Of a DNA stretch of 60,921 nucleotides, positions 19,277 through 28,829 are shown one piece after another (within the stretch, counting starts at the first letter, position 1; each line of letters starts with the position of its first letter). The notes beneath the pieces are model-generated. The model did no database searches and was not told the origin of the DNA. It was given only the letters and a program-made list of their open reading frames with translations. This stretch comes from an uncultured Desulfobacteraceae bacterium (lineage in GTDB: Bacteria > Desulfobacterota > Desulfobacteria > Desulfobacterales > JALSRD01): positions 1 through 60,921 of the forward strand of contig CAYUAQ010000006.1 in NCBI GenBank assembly GCA_964442705.1. The letters are read 5' to 3'. The position numbers and the translations under genes were made by a program.

Positions 19277-19765
19277 ATGGGACTGCTGCATACTCTGGAG
19301 CGCTTGCTGAACAAATCCCCTGAAAAAGAGCAGGTGGTCGAGCTCAAGGAAATCTTCTGCCAACCCAAAGGGAGGAAGCCTGTCGAGCAGTTCAGAACCG
19401 CTGCCGTAGGCTGCCAGTACAGCAACCTGGACGGTAGCAGCCGTCAGGATGCGTTGCAAAAACTCAAAACCGGAGAAAAAGTGCGCCTCATCTGGAACAG
19501 CGGCAGTTCGGGCGGCAAGGACAGGATCTATCTGCTCAGAGGCGGCAGGGGTCAGGAGCTTTCCATGCCGGACTGCTTCGGGCGTCTGGACGACAAGATT
19601 GCCGCCAAGGTGATCCGCTGGCTGACACGCGACAACATCGTCACCGCAGCACGGGTGGTCAAGATCACCGGCGGTGTTCGCAGGCAACCACGCCTGGGCT
19701 GCGTGCTGGAACTGACCACCTACCCCGGCCCCAAAGAAAAAAACAAGGCTGCGCGCAAATCATAG
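19277..19765 (+). CDS. HIRAN-domain-like protein
   Basis: FRTAAVGCQYSNLDGSSRQDALQKLKTGEKVRL...GRL... resembles a stand-alone HIRAN fold, judged by eye. Confidence 0.55.
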   Translation: MGLLHTLERLLNKSPEKEQVVELKEIFCQPKGRKPVEQFRTAAVGCQYSNLDGSSRQDALQKLKTGEKVRLIWNSGSSGGKDRIYLLRGGRGQELSMPDCFGRLDDKIAAKVIRWLTRDNIVTAARVVKITGGVRRQPRLGCVLELTTYPGPKEKNKAARKS

Positions 19766-19782
19766 CGTCTCGCCGGCAGGAC

Positions 19783-19938
19783 TCACCTGCCGCCGTACTG
19801 GCCTCCCCATCCCGGCGGCATATTCCGGCCGGAGCTGGAGGGGTTTTTCACACCATGGCTGGTCTGGGTTGACGTGGCACAGGAAATACTGAACAGCGCA
19901 ATGATGAGCATTGCGAAAATGACAACCAGTTTCTGCAT
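19783..19938 (-). CDS. Small putative lipoprotein (51 aa), not in the ORF track
   Basis: Hand translation MQKLVVIFAMLIIALFSISCATSTQTSHGVKNPSSSGRNMPPGWGGQYGGR; purine-rich SD; promoter-like sequence upstream. Confidence 0.6.
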   Translation of the reverse strand: MQKLVVIFAMLIIALFSISCATSTQTSHGVKNPSSSGRNMPPGWGGQYGGR

Positions 19939-20012
19939 TTTTTCACTTCCTTTCCCCTGATGGCTTCCTCGGGTTCTGCTTGATCCCCGGGATCCTGTCT
20001 GGTATTCTGTTT

Positions 20013-20041
20013 ACTATAAGCACCTGAAGACACATTGTCCA
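20013..20041 (-). promoter_or_regulatory. Putative sigma-70 promoter for the small lipoprotein
   Basis: Minus strand TGGACA-17 nt-TATAGT. Confidence 0.5.
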
Positions 20042-20127
20042 CAGTCACGCCCTTGCGGCCGCAAGACGGAACAGGGAGGCGAATGCCGTCAGCGCCGGAA
20101 CCTGCGGTTGCCGAGGATACAAACGAC

Positions 20128-20156
20128 TTGACACATTGTGGTATATGCAGTATTTT
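20128..20156 (+). promoter_or_regulatory. Putative sigma-70 promoter of the hdr operon
   Basis: TTGACA-17 nt-TATTTT. Confidence 0.55.
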
Positions 20157-20419
20157 TTGTTGATGCGGCCAGGAAAAGGGAAGTTTTTTGCATGCGCCAT
20201 TTTATCCGATAAGGCTGACACAGGGGAGAAGATAAAACCGAACGGCTACGCAGCACAGAGGGAATCCGCCGACTGATCCGGCGGGGACGACGACAATTCC
20301 GGGTTCGCGAAAATCTCGATTTTTACGCGCCCGAGGATTTCAAAGCCGCCGAGAGGCAGTTCATCACCGCCTGCATCATTGCCGGGCGCTGCCGGCGGCA
20401 AGACGAGGAATGACACGGC

Positions 20420-21040
20420 ATGAAATACGCTGATTCTGCCGCGGCAGAAACGGGCGGAGACGCCGAGCGCAAGCTCATTGGTGAAAGCGGCAGCCTGTTT
20501 CTCAGCCGCCTGCAGGGGGAAACCGGCGTCGACATCGGCGCTTGCTACCAGTGCGAGCGCTGCACCAACGCCTGTCCGGTGGCCGGCTACATGGACATCA
20601 AGCCCCACCAGGTCATCCGCTACACCCAGCTGGGATGGCGCCAGGAGCTGATGCACTCGGTGACCATCTGGGTGTGCCTCTCGTGCGAGATGTGCACCAC
20701 CTACTGCCCCAACGAAGTGGACGTGGCCGAACTGATCAATCACCTGCGTAACATGGCGGCGCGATCACCTATCGAGCCCCGCGAAAAAGATCTGGCCGAG
20801 TTCCACCACGTCTTTCTCCATGAGCTGCAGCGATTCGGCCGGGTCAACGAATTCTGGCTCATGGCGGCCTACAACCGCCGGCTGAACGTCCTGAAAAACA
20901 AGATCCGCGACGGCAGCCTCAGAGAGGACCTGCGTCTTGGCTATACCCTTTGGCGCAAGGGACGGCTCAAGCTGCTGCCCCACCGCTCAAGGGCCATCCA
21001 GGATATCCGTCGGCTGTACCGGCGGCGGGGGATCACCTGA
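20420..21040 (+). CDS. hdrC: Heterodisulfide reductase-like subunit C
   Basis: CYQCERCTNACP and CLSCEMCTTYCP 4Fe-4S motifs; FGRVNE. Confidence 0.9.
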   Translation: MKYADSAAAETGGDAERKLIGESGSLFLSRLQGETGVDIGACYQCERCTNACPVAGYMDIKPHQVIRYTQLGWRQELMHSVTIWVCLSCEMCTTYCPNEVDVAELINHLRNMAARSPIEPREKDLAEFHHVFLHELQRFGRVNEFWLMAAYNRRLNVLKNKIRDGSLREDLRLGYTLWRKGRLKLLPHRSRAIQDIRRLYRRRGIT

Positions 21041-21873
21041 TGAAGCTGACGTTCTATCCAGGCTGCTCCCTGGAGGGCATGGCCAACGACTACGGTCACA
21101 CCATCACAGATGTCTTCTCCGACTTGGGCATCGAATTGGTGGAAATCGACGACTGGTCCTGCTGCGGCGCCACGGCCGCTCACAGCCTGAGCGAGGCCAT
21201 GTCGGTGGCGCTGCCGGCCCGCAACCTGGCCGCGGCCGACAAGATGGGGCTGGACATGGTGACCCCCTGTGCCATGTGTTTCAACCGCCTGCGTTTCTCC
21301 CAGCAGGCGGTGCAAAAAGAGCTCTACGATGTCCCCTGGCGTGTCAGCCAGGATCTGATGGTCCACGACATGACGCGCTTCATGGCAGGGGAGGACGTGC
21401 TGCGCCGCATCGCCGAGCGGGTGGTGCGGCCGCTTAAAAATCTCAAGGTGATCTGCTACTATGGCTGCCAGATGGTACGCCCGCCCAAGATCACCGGATA
21501 CACCGACTTTGAAAACCCCCAGACGCTGGACCAGATCATGAGGGCCCTGGGCGCCCAGGTCAGGGACTGGTCCTTCAAGTCCACCTGCTGCGGCGCCAGC
21601 ATCGGCATCAGCCGTCGGGACATCCGCGACTCCCTGACCAACCGCATCCTGGACAAGGCCCGGCAAACCGGCGCTGAGGCCATGGTGGTTTCCTGCCCGC
21701 TGTGCCAGGCCAATCTGGATACCGTGCAGGCGAACAGCTCCAAACGGCGACTGCCCGTTTTCTATTTCACCGAACTGATGCAACTGGCCTTCCGCAAGGA
21801 CGCTGTCGGCGCCTGGCTTGAAAGCCATATCACCGATCCGCGTCCGCTGCTGAACGCCAGAGGGCTGGTTTAA
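21040..21873 (+). CDS. hdrB: Heterodisulfide reductase-like subunit B
   Basis: Start ATG 21040; two CCG domains: YPGC..WSCCGA..PCAMC and YYGC..CCGA..CPLCQ. Confidence 0.92.
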   Translation: MKLTFYPGCSLEGMANDYGHTITDVFSDLGIELVEIDDWSCCGATAAHSLSEAMSVALPARNLAAADKMGLDMVTPCAMCFNRLRFSQQAVQKELYDVPWRVSQDLMVHDMTRFMAGEDVLRRIAERVVRPLKNLKVICYYGCQMVRPPKITGYTDFENPQTLDQIMRALGAQVRDWSFKSTCCGASIGISRRDIRDSLTNRILDKARQTGAEAMVVSCPLCQANLDTVQANSSKRRLPVFYFTELMQLAFRKDAVGAWLESHITDPRPLLNARGLV

Positions 21874-24800
21874 ATGACGGACGCCACAGGCAAACCGCTT
21901 TCGGGCAGCGTGATGGTCATCGGCGGCGGCATCGGCGGCATGCAGTGCGCCCTGGATCTGGCCGACACCGGCTTCCATGTCTACCTGGTGGAAAAATCGC
22001 CCACCCTGGGCGGCACCATGGCCCGCCTGGACAAGACCTTTCCCACCAACGACTGCTCCACCTGCATGATTTCTCCCAAGCTGGTGCAGGTGGCGGGGCA
22101 CGCCAACATCGAGATTCTGACCCGCGCCCGGCTGCTGGCGCTGGAGGGGGAACCCGGCCGCTTCAGCACCCGGGTGGAAATACAGCCCCGCTACGTCAAT
22201 GCCGAAAAATGCATCGCCTGCGGCGCCTGCAGCGAAAAATGCCCCAAAAAGGTCCTCGACGGCTTCAACGGCGAACTGTCCACGCGCAAGGCGGCCTACC
22301 TGACATTCCCCCAGGCCGTACCCCTGAAATACGCCCTGGACCCGGAAAACTGCCTGTACCTCACCCGCGGCCGCTGCGGCCTGTGCAAGAAGATATGCCC
22401 CACCGAGGCCATCGACTTCGACCAGCAGCCCGAAATCCGGGAACTGTCGGTGGGTGCCCTGGTGCTGGCCGGGGGCTTCGAACTGGCCCTGACCCACGGG
22501 CACGGCGAGTACGGCTTCGACCGTTACCGCAACGTGGTCTCCAGTCTGCAGTATGAACGGATCCTGTCGGCCACCGGGCCTTACGGCGGCCACATCCGGC
22601 GCCCTTCAGACGGCAAAACACCCGCCCGGGTGGCCTGGATCCAGTGCGTCCTCTCCCGCGACCCCTCCCGCGGGCGGCCCTTCTGCTCCTCGGTGTGCTG
22701 CATGCACGCCGCCAAGCAGGCCGTGCTGACCCGCCAGCACCACCCCGAGACCGATGCTACCATCTACTTCATGGACGTGCGCGCCCACGGCAAGGGATTC
22801 GACAGCTATATCGACCGTGCCCGCGAGCACTACGGGGTGCGCTACCGGCGCTCCATGATTTCGCAGGTCTACCTGAACCCGGAAAACGACAATCTCGTCA
22901 TTGAAACCTTCGATCACCACCTGGGGCGCAAGGTGGAAGAAGAGTACGAAATGGTGGTGCTGTCCTCGGGGTTCAAACCCACGAAGGATTTTTCCGATCT
23001 GGCCAAAATGCTGGAACTGGAGATGAACCCATACGGGTTCGTGGCCACCGAGTTCGACCGGCCGGTGTTCACCTCTTCGCCCGGCATTTTTGTCTGCGGC
23101 AGCGCCGAGACGCCCAAGGACATCCCCGAGACGGTCATTCAGGCCGGGGCGGCGGCGGCAGCCGCCTCGGCCCTGATCAGCGATGCCCGCGGGCAGGACA
23201 TCGTTGTCGAGCCCCCGCCCCGGGAAACGGCCATCGACCCAGAACCGCGCATCGGTATTTTTGTCTGCCACTGCGGCACCAATATCGCCGGCGTGGTGGA
23301 CATCCCGCGGGTGGTGAACTACGTGAAAAAACTGCCCCACGTGGCCTATGCCGCCGATTTCATGTTCTCGTGCTCCAACGACACCCTCAACCAGCTGGTG
23401 GCGCTCATTCAGGAACACCGGCTGAACCGGGTGGTGGTGGCCGCCTGTTCGCCGCGCACCCATGAACCCCTTTTTCGGGGCGCCCTGCGCGAAGCCGGCC
23501 TGAACCCCTACCTGTTCGAGCTGGCCAGCATCCGCGACCAGTGTTCGTGGGTGCACGGCGATGACCCCGCAAAGGCCACCCGCAAATCCATGGATCTCAT
23601 CCGCGCCAGTGCGGCCCGGGCGGCCCGCTTGGAACCGCTCACCGACCCTTCCTTCGAGGTCTGCAAGGACGGGCTGGTCATCGGGGGCGGCATCGGCGGC
23701 ATGACGGCGGCCCTGACCATCGCCGACCAGGGCTACAGCGTACACCTGGTGGAAAAAGAGGCCGAACTGGGCGGATTCGCCCGCGACCTCACCGAAACGC
23801 TGGAGGGCAACTCGCCGGCCGGCATGATCCGCCTGCTGAAAGAACGCGTGGTCAACCACCGCCACATCCGCCTGTACACCAACAGCCGGCTGACAGACCA
23901 CGGGGGGCACATGGGGGCCTTTTCCGGAACCATCCGCCAAGCCGACGGCACCGATTGGCGGAAGCATCGCATCGACTACGGGGCCGTGATCGTCGCCACC
24001 GGCGGGCAGGCCTACGAACCCCGGGAATATCTCTATGGCCAGGACCCGCGGGTGATGACCCAGGTACAGCTGGCCCGGCGGCTGAAAAAAGAGCCCCACT
24101 GGGCCCGCAGCCTGAAGAGCATCGCCATGATTCAGTGCGTGGGCTCGCGCAACGAGCACTTCACCTTCTGCAGCCGGGTCTGCTGTTCGGCGGCGGTCAA
24201 GAACAGCATCCGCATCAAAGAGCTCAATCCCGCTGCCCGCGTCACCGTGCTGTACCGCGATGTTCGCACCTTCGGCTTCAAGGAACTTTACTACCTCCAG
24301 GCACGACGCAGTGGCGTGCTTTTCTTCCGATTCATCCCCCAGGCGCCCCCTGTCGTCTCCGGCACCCATGATCATCTGAAGGTAGACTTCACCGACCGCA
24401 GCACCCATCAACCGTTTCGCATCCACGCTGACCTGCTGGTGCTCTCCACCGGCATTCGCCCCAATCCCGAAGCCGAACAGATCGGACGACTGCTCAAGCT
24501 GCCCGTCTCCGAAGAAGGATTTTTCCTGGAGGCGCACGTCAAGCTGCGGCCCGTGGAGATGGCCACCCCCGGGGTCTTTCTGGCCGGGCTGGCCCACAGC
24601 CCGCGCTTCATCGAAGAGACCCTCACCATGGCCAGGAGCGCAGGCCAGCAGGCCGTCAAAATCCTGTCCCGGAACACCATGACCACCTCGGCGGCGGTGG
24701 CCGAAGTCGACGCCGACCGCTGCACCGCCTGTCTGGTGTGTGTGCGCGTGTGTCCCTACGGTGCGCCCTATATCACTGCAGAAGGCGTCTCCTGCATCCC

Positions 24801-24924
24801 GCCGTCGTCCTGCATGGGCTGCGGCATCTGCACCGCCGAGTGCCCCGCCGGGGCCATCAGCCTGAAACACAGCACCGACTCCCAGATCCTCTCCAAGATA
24901 GAAGCCCTGCTGGCCCAAGCCTAA
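21874..24924 (+). CDS. hdrA: Large HdrA-family flavoprotein (two FAD-binding modules plus ferredoxin domains)
   Basis: Two GGGIGG motifs; LDKTFPTNDCSTC; CSSVCC and CSRVCC; VCHCGTNI; ACSPRTHE; IRDQCSWVH; FLEAHVKLRP; C-terminal 2x4Fe-4S. Confidence 0.92.
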   Translation: MTDATGKPLSGSVMVIGGGIGGMQCALDLADTGFHVYLVEKSPTLGGTMARLDKTFPTNDCSTCMISPKLVQVAGHANIEILTRARLLALEGEPGRFSTRVEIQPRYVNAEKCIACGACSEKCPKKVLDGFNGELSTRKAAYLTFPQAVPLKYALDPENCLYLTRGRCGLCKKICPTEAIDFDQQPEIRELSVGALVLAGGFELALTHGHGEYGFDRYRNVVSSLQYERILSATGPYGGHIRRPSDGKTPARVAWIQCVLSRDPSRGRPFCSSVCCMHAAKQAVLTRQHHPETDATIYFMDVRAHGKGFDSYIDRAREHYGVRYRRSMISQVYLNPENDNLVIETFDHHLGRKVEEEYEMVVLSSGFKPTKDFSDLAKMLELEMNPYGFVATEFDRPVFTSSPGIFVCGSAETPKDIPETVIQAGAAAAAASALISDARGQDIVVEPPPRETAIDPEPRIGIFVCHCGTNIAGVVDIPRVVNYVKKLPHVAYAADFMFSCSNDTLNQLVALIQEHRLNRVVVAACSPRTHEPLFRGALREAGLNPYLFELASIRDQCSWVHGDDPAKATRKSMDLIRASAARAARLEPLTDPSFEVCKDGLVIGGGIGGMTAALTIADQGYSVHLVEKEAELGGFARDLTETLEGNSPAGMIRLLKERVVNHRHIRLYTNSRLTDHGGHMGAFSGTIRQADGTDWRKHRIDYGAVIVATGGQAYEPREYLYGQDPRVMTQVQLARRLKKEPHWARSLKSIAMIQCVGSRNEHFTFCSRVCCSAAVKNSIRIKELNPAARVTVLYRDVRTFGFKELYYLQARRSGVLFFRFIPQAPPVVSGTHDHLKVDFTDRSTHQPFRIHADLLVLSTGIRPNPEAEQIGRLLKLPVSEEGFFLEAHVKLRPVEMATPGVFLAGLAHSPRFIEETLTMARSAGQQAVKILSRNTMTTSAAVAEVDADRCTACLVCVRVCPYGAPYITAEGVSCIPPSSCMGCGICTAECPAGAISLKHSTDSQILSKIEALLAQA

Positions 24925-24949
24925 AGTATCGCGTCTTTTTTACCGATAG
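24922..24949 (+). promoter_or_regulatory. Putative sigma-28 (FliA) promoter
   Basis: TAAA-N16-ACCGATAG; the TAA is the hdrA stop codon. Confidence 0.6.
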
Positions 24950-25000
24950 CAGAGGGTAGGCAAACCGATATCCGTACATCTGCCCTGGACGAAAGGTTCC

Positions 25001-25945
25001 ATGGAAAAAGACAGCCAGCTGGAAAATCTGGTGGCCGAACGTACCGCCTCCCTGGAAGCCTCACTGCGGGAGCTGGCGAACAACCAGGGCCGGCTGCTGC
25101 AAACCGAAAAACTGGCCTCCATCGGCCAACTGGCGGCCGGGGTGGCCCACGAAATCAATAACCCCGTGGGCTACATCAAGAGCAATCTGAATGCCATGAA
25201 GGACTATGGCAATGATCTGACCCGGCTGCTGACCGCTTATCTGCGTCTGGAAGAAATGGTCCGCAACGATGGAGAGCCGGACAAGCGCATGGCCCGGCTG
25301 CTGGACGATATCGCCAGCATCCGGTCCGAGATCGATCTCGGCTATATCCTGGAAGACTGCGCCAACGTCATCGAGGAGTCCCTGGAAGGGATCGAAAGGG
25401 TCATCGGCATTGTCTCGGACCTGAAAAACTTTGCGCACCTGGACGGCGACGAGTTCGAGGCGGCCGATATCAACAGCGGGCTCGAAAGCACCTTGAACAT
25501 CGCCTGGAACGAACTCAAATACAAGGCCGAAGTCGTGCGGGAGTTTCACCCCTTGCCGGAAGTCAGGTGTTATCCCCAGCGGCTCAACCAAGTGTTCATG
25601 AACATCCTGGTCAACGCGGCGCAGGCCATCGAGGGCAAGGGTACCATCCGTATTGCCACCAGGGATGCGGGAGATCACGTGGTGGTGGAAATCTCGGACA
25701 ACGGTCAGGGAATCGCACCGGAGGCACTGGACCGGATCTTCGACCCCTTTTTTACCACCAAGGAGGTGGGCAAAGGCACCGGCCTCGGACTGAGCGTGGC
25801 CTACCACATCATCAAGAGCCATCGGGGAAGCATCGAAGTGGCCAGCATACCCGGTCAGGGCACCACATTTACCATCTGCATACCCGTTAACGCCGAAAAA
25901 GGCCATCGCCATAACGCCTCCAGGGGAGGCCCGCATGCAGCCTGA
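25001..25945 (+). CDS. NtrB-type histidine kinase with no recognisable sensor domain
   Basis: [21 protein letters not shown]-box; [10 protein letters not shown]; DNGQGI; FDPFFTTK; GTGLGL. Confidence 0.9.
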   Translation: MEKDSQLENLVAERTASLEASLRELANNQGRLLQTEKLASIGQLAAGVAHEINNPVGYIKSNLNAMKDYGNDLTRLLTAYLRLEEMVRNDGEPDKRMARLLDDIASIRSEIDLGYILEDCANVIEESLEGIERVIGIVSDLKNFAHLDGDEFEAADINSGLESTLNIAWNELKYKAEVVREFHPLPEVRCYPQRLNQVFMNILVNAAQAIEGKGTIRIATRDAGDHVVVEISDNGQGIAPEALDRIFDPFFTTKEVGKGTGLGLSVAYHIIKSHRGSIEVASIPGQGTTFTICIPVNAEKGHRHNASRGGPHAA

Positions 25946-27041
25946 AAGAGCCCTTCTCATTGTCGACGATGAAAAAAACGTGCTCCACAGCATGAAAAGA
26001 CTGCTGAGAGGGGAGAACTACCGCGTGTACACCGCCACCTCGGCGATGGAGGGGCTTGACCTCCTGCAGCGCCAATATATCTGCGTAGTCATTTCCGATC
26101 ACCTCATGCCGGAAATGGACGGGATCACCTTCCTCCAAGAAGTCAAACGACGCCGGCCCAGTGTCATCAGAATACTGATGACCGCCTACGGCAGCCTGGA
26201 AAACGCCATGGCTGCCATCAAGCGCTGCCGTATCTTCGAGTACATCACCAAACCCTGGAACGATGCCGTTCTGAAGGGCTGCATCGACCGGGCCTTCGAC
26301 CACCACGCCCTGCTGGAAGAAAACCGCCGGCTGCAGCAGCTTACCCGCGAGCAGAACGAAGATCTGAAAGCCATCAACGATGACCTGGAAAACCTCGTCC
26401 GAACAAGAACCGCTCAACTGGAAGAGGCGGTGCGCGAGGGCATTCTGATGCTGGCCATGGCCTCGGAAGCCAGGGACGACATGACCGGCAATCACATCCG
26501 GCGCATCCAGCAGACCACCGGCCGCATCTGCCGACAGCTGGGCCTGGATACAGACACGACCGAAGAAATCAGCTTCGCCAGCATCCTCCACGATGTGGGC
26601 AAAATCCATATCCCGGACCACATTCTGAAAAAACCGGGACCCCTGACAGACAGCGAATTCGCCCTCATGCAGACCCATACGGTGGTCGGAGAACGCATTC
26701 TGGGCCACAAGCCTTTCTATGCCACCGCCCGGCAGATCGCACGCCATCACCACGAACACTGGGACGGCAACGGTTATCCCGACGGACTCAGGGCCGAGGC
26801 CATCCCCCTGGCGGCACGCATCGTGACCGTGGCCGATGTCTACGATGCACTGATACACGAACGTCCCTACAAACCGGCCTGGAAACCCGAAAAGGCGCTG
26901 GCCGCCATGGAGGTCTTTTCCGGAAAGATCTTCGACCCTGAAATTCTGAGGGCTTTCCTGGCGATGCAGAAACCGAATCGCAACCCTCTTCCGCTGCATA
27001 TCGAAGAGGAAGTGATGGGTCTGCAGCACGCGCTGCGGTAA
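25935..27041 (+). CDS. Response regulator with HD-GYP domain (RpfG-like c-di-GMP phosphodiesterase)
   Basis: VDDE..SDHLMP..KPW receiver; LHDVGK, HHEHWDGNGYP, ADVYDAL, RPYK. Confidence 0.92.
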   Translation: MQPERALLIVDDEKNVLHSMKRLLRGENYRVYTATSAMEGLDLLQRQYICVVISDHLMPEMDGITFLQEVKRRRPSVIRILMTAYGSLENAMAAIKRCRIFEYITKPWNDAVLKGCIDRAFDHHALLEENRRLQQLTREQNEDLKAINDDLENLVRTRTAQLEEAVREGILMLAMASEARDDMTGNHIRRIQQTTGRICRQLGLDTDTTEEISFASILHDVGKIHIPDHILKKPGPLTDSEFALMQTHTVVGERILGHKPFYATARQIARHHHEHWDGNGYPDGLRAEAIPLAARIVTVADVYDALIHERPYKPAWKPEKALAAMEVFSGKIFDPEILRAFLAMQKPNRNPLPLHIEEEVMGLQHALR

Positions 27042-27048
27042 CCGGACG

Positions 27049-27933
27049 ATGACCACGCTGCACGCCCACAACCCCATTGCCGAACAGGCGGAATTCTTCC
27101 GACGACTGGACCGCATCGATGACCTGCCGACCCTGCCGGCGGTGGCCCTGGAGGTGGGGCAGCTCCTGCAGAACTACGACACGCCCATCGAAGCCGTCTG
27201 CGAGACCATCGAAAAAGACCAGGCCATGGTACCACGCATTCTCAAACTGGTGAACTCCGCCTTTTTCGGGCTGCGCTCCAATGTCAGCAACATATCCCAC
27301 GCTGTAGTACTATTGGGCTTCAACACCATACGCAACGCGGTGGTTTCCGTGGCCGTAATCCAGGCGATGCCCGGCAAGCGGGAATTGGAAGGTTTCGATG
27401 TCACCCAGTTCTGGTCACATGCCATATCGGTCGCCGTCACCAGCAAACATCTGGCCGAAAAGAGTCATCTGCACTATGCCGGAGACGCTTTCACCGCCGG
27501 CCTGCTGCACGATGTGGGCAAACTGGTGATGTACCTTCACTTCCGTGATCTTTTTATCAGAAGCTGGTCCAGAACCCGGCAGGAGGCCTGCCCCTTCCAT
27601 GTAGCCGAACGGCAGGAAGCGGCGGTCACCCATGCCGATATCGGCGCCTATCTGGCCCGGCGCTGGCAGCTTCCCGCCCGCCTGGTGGAGACCATTGGTT
27701 ACCACCATGACATAGAGGAGGAAGTGACCGATCTGAATCTGCTGCTCATCGTCCATGCCGCCGATGTCATCGCCAACAGCGTTGCGGGCGACAACGGCGC
27801 CATGCCCGATCCGCAACGGTTTCACCCCCTGGCTCTGAACACAATGGGCGGCTGTCTGCAGGATATGGCGGCGTGGTATCCCCAGACCCGCGAGGAGATC
27901 GCATCGGCCTGCCGGTTTTTCCTGGGGTCTTGA
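27049..27933 (+). CDS. HDOD-domain protein
   Basis: LPTLP, ILKLVNSAFFG, FWSHAI, AGLLHDVGK, HADIG..LARRWQLP, YHH. Confidence 0.92.
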   Translation: MTTLHAHNPIAEQAEFFRRLDRIDDLPTLPAVALEVGQLLQNYDTPIEAVCETIEKDQAMVPRILKLVNSAFFGLRSNVSNISHAVVLLGFNTIRNAVVSVAVIQAMPGKRELEGFDVTQFWSHAISVAVTSKHLAEKSHLHYAGDAFTAGLLHDVGKLVMYLHFRDLFIRSWSRTRQEACPFHVAERQEAAVTHADIGAYLARRWQLPARLVETIGYHHDIEEEVTDLNLLLIVHAADVIANSVAGDNGAMPDPQRFHPLALNTMGGCLQDMAAWYPQTREEIASACRFFLGS

Positions 27934-27965
27934 GGAGCGCCGAACATCGCATCTGGAATGGAAAA

Positions 27966-28829
27966 ATGGCGGAGAAATTTCACACGGTTTTGTGCGTCGA
28001 TGACGAACCCAACATCCTGAGTTCACTGCGCCGCCTGTTCAGAAAAGAGCCTTACAGGCTGCTGACCGCCCGCAGCGCGGCCGAAGCCCTGCAGCTTCTG
28101 GATCACCACCGGGTTCAGCTGGTGATCTGCGACCAGCGCATGCCAGACATGAGCGGCATCACCTTTCTGAGCCAGGTCAAAGCCAGCTATCCGGACATCA
28201 TCCCCATCATTCTGTCCGGATTCACCGACGTGGACGCCATCACCGAATCCATCAACAAGGGACACCTCTACAAGTTCTTCCTGAAACCGTGGAACGATCG
28301 CGACCTGAAGATTGAAATCCGGAAGGCCCTGGAACACTATGATCTTGTTCAAACCAATCGGGCCCTCAACCGGCAGGTGATGGAACAGAATGAGGCTCTT
28401 CGGCAGATCAACGAAAACCTGGAACAGGCCGTGAGGGAGCGTACCCGCGTGCTCGAGATTCAAAACCAGGCCCTGGAGCTTTCCCACGCCATCGTGGAAG
28501 ACCTGCCCCTTCCCATCATCGGCGTCAGCGCCGAGGGTCTCATCGTCCTGGTCAACCGCCATCTCAGCTCTCTGGAGATTCGCGGTCGCCGCATCGAGGT
28601 GGGCCGCAGGCTGTCTGATTACTTCCCGGATCCCATCATCGCTGGCGTCAGGTCGGTCCTTTTATCCGGAACCCCCCAGACCGTCGCACCGGGGCACGTA
28701 CCGGGCCACCCCTTTGCCGTCAACATCACGCCGTTATCAGGAAAGTTTCAGGGAAAAGGCGTCATCATGGCCATGGAAAACGGCGCTAGAAAGCGCTCTC
28801 GCCACTCACTTCATCCACCTGCGACTTGA
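27966..28829 (+). CDS. Response regulator (REC, coiled coil, C-terminal PAS-like domain)
   Basis: VDDEPNILSSL..CDQRMP..KPW; C-terminal EDLPLPIIGVSAEGLIVLVN. Start ATG 27966. Confidence 0.88.
   Translation: MAEKFHTVLCVDDEPNILSSLRRLFRKEPYRLLTARSAAEALQLLDHHRVQLVICDQRMPDMSGITFLSQVKASYPDIIPIILSGFTDVDAITESINKGHLYKFFLKPWNDRDLKIEIRKALEHYDLVQTNRALNRQVMEQNEALRQINENLEQAVRERTRVLEIQNQALELSHAIVEDLPLPIIGVSAEGLIVLVNRHLSSLEIRGRRIEVGRRLSDYFPDPIIAGVRSVLLSGTPQTVAPGHVPGHPFAVNITPLSGKFQGKGVIMAMENGARKRSRHSLHPPAT

Noticed and set aside
21874-22100. Possible selenocysteine in Hdr subunits
   Set aside because: No in-frame TGA interrupts hdrA, hdrB or hdrC; the motif positions are encoded as Cys.
22606-24918. 770-aa antisense ORF over hdrA (likewise 1864..3657, 15777..17420, 20941..22593, 37731..39170, 43607..45577)
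   Set aside because: Shadow frames expected from GC-rich codon bias opposite well-supported genes; no family motifs.
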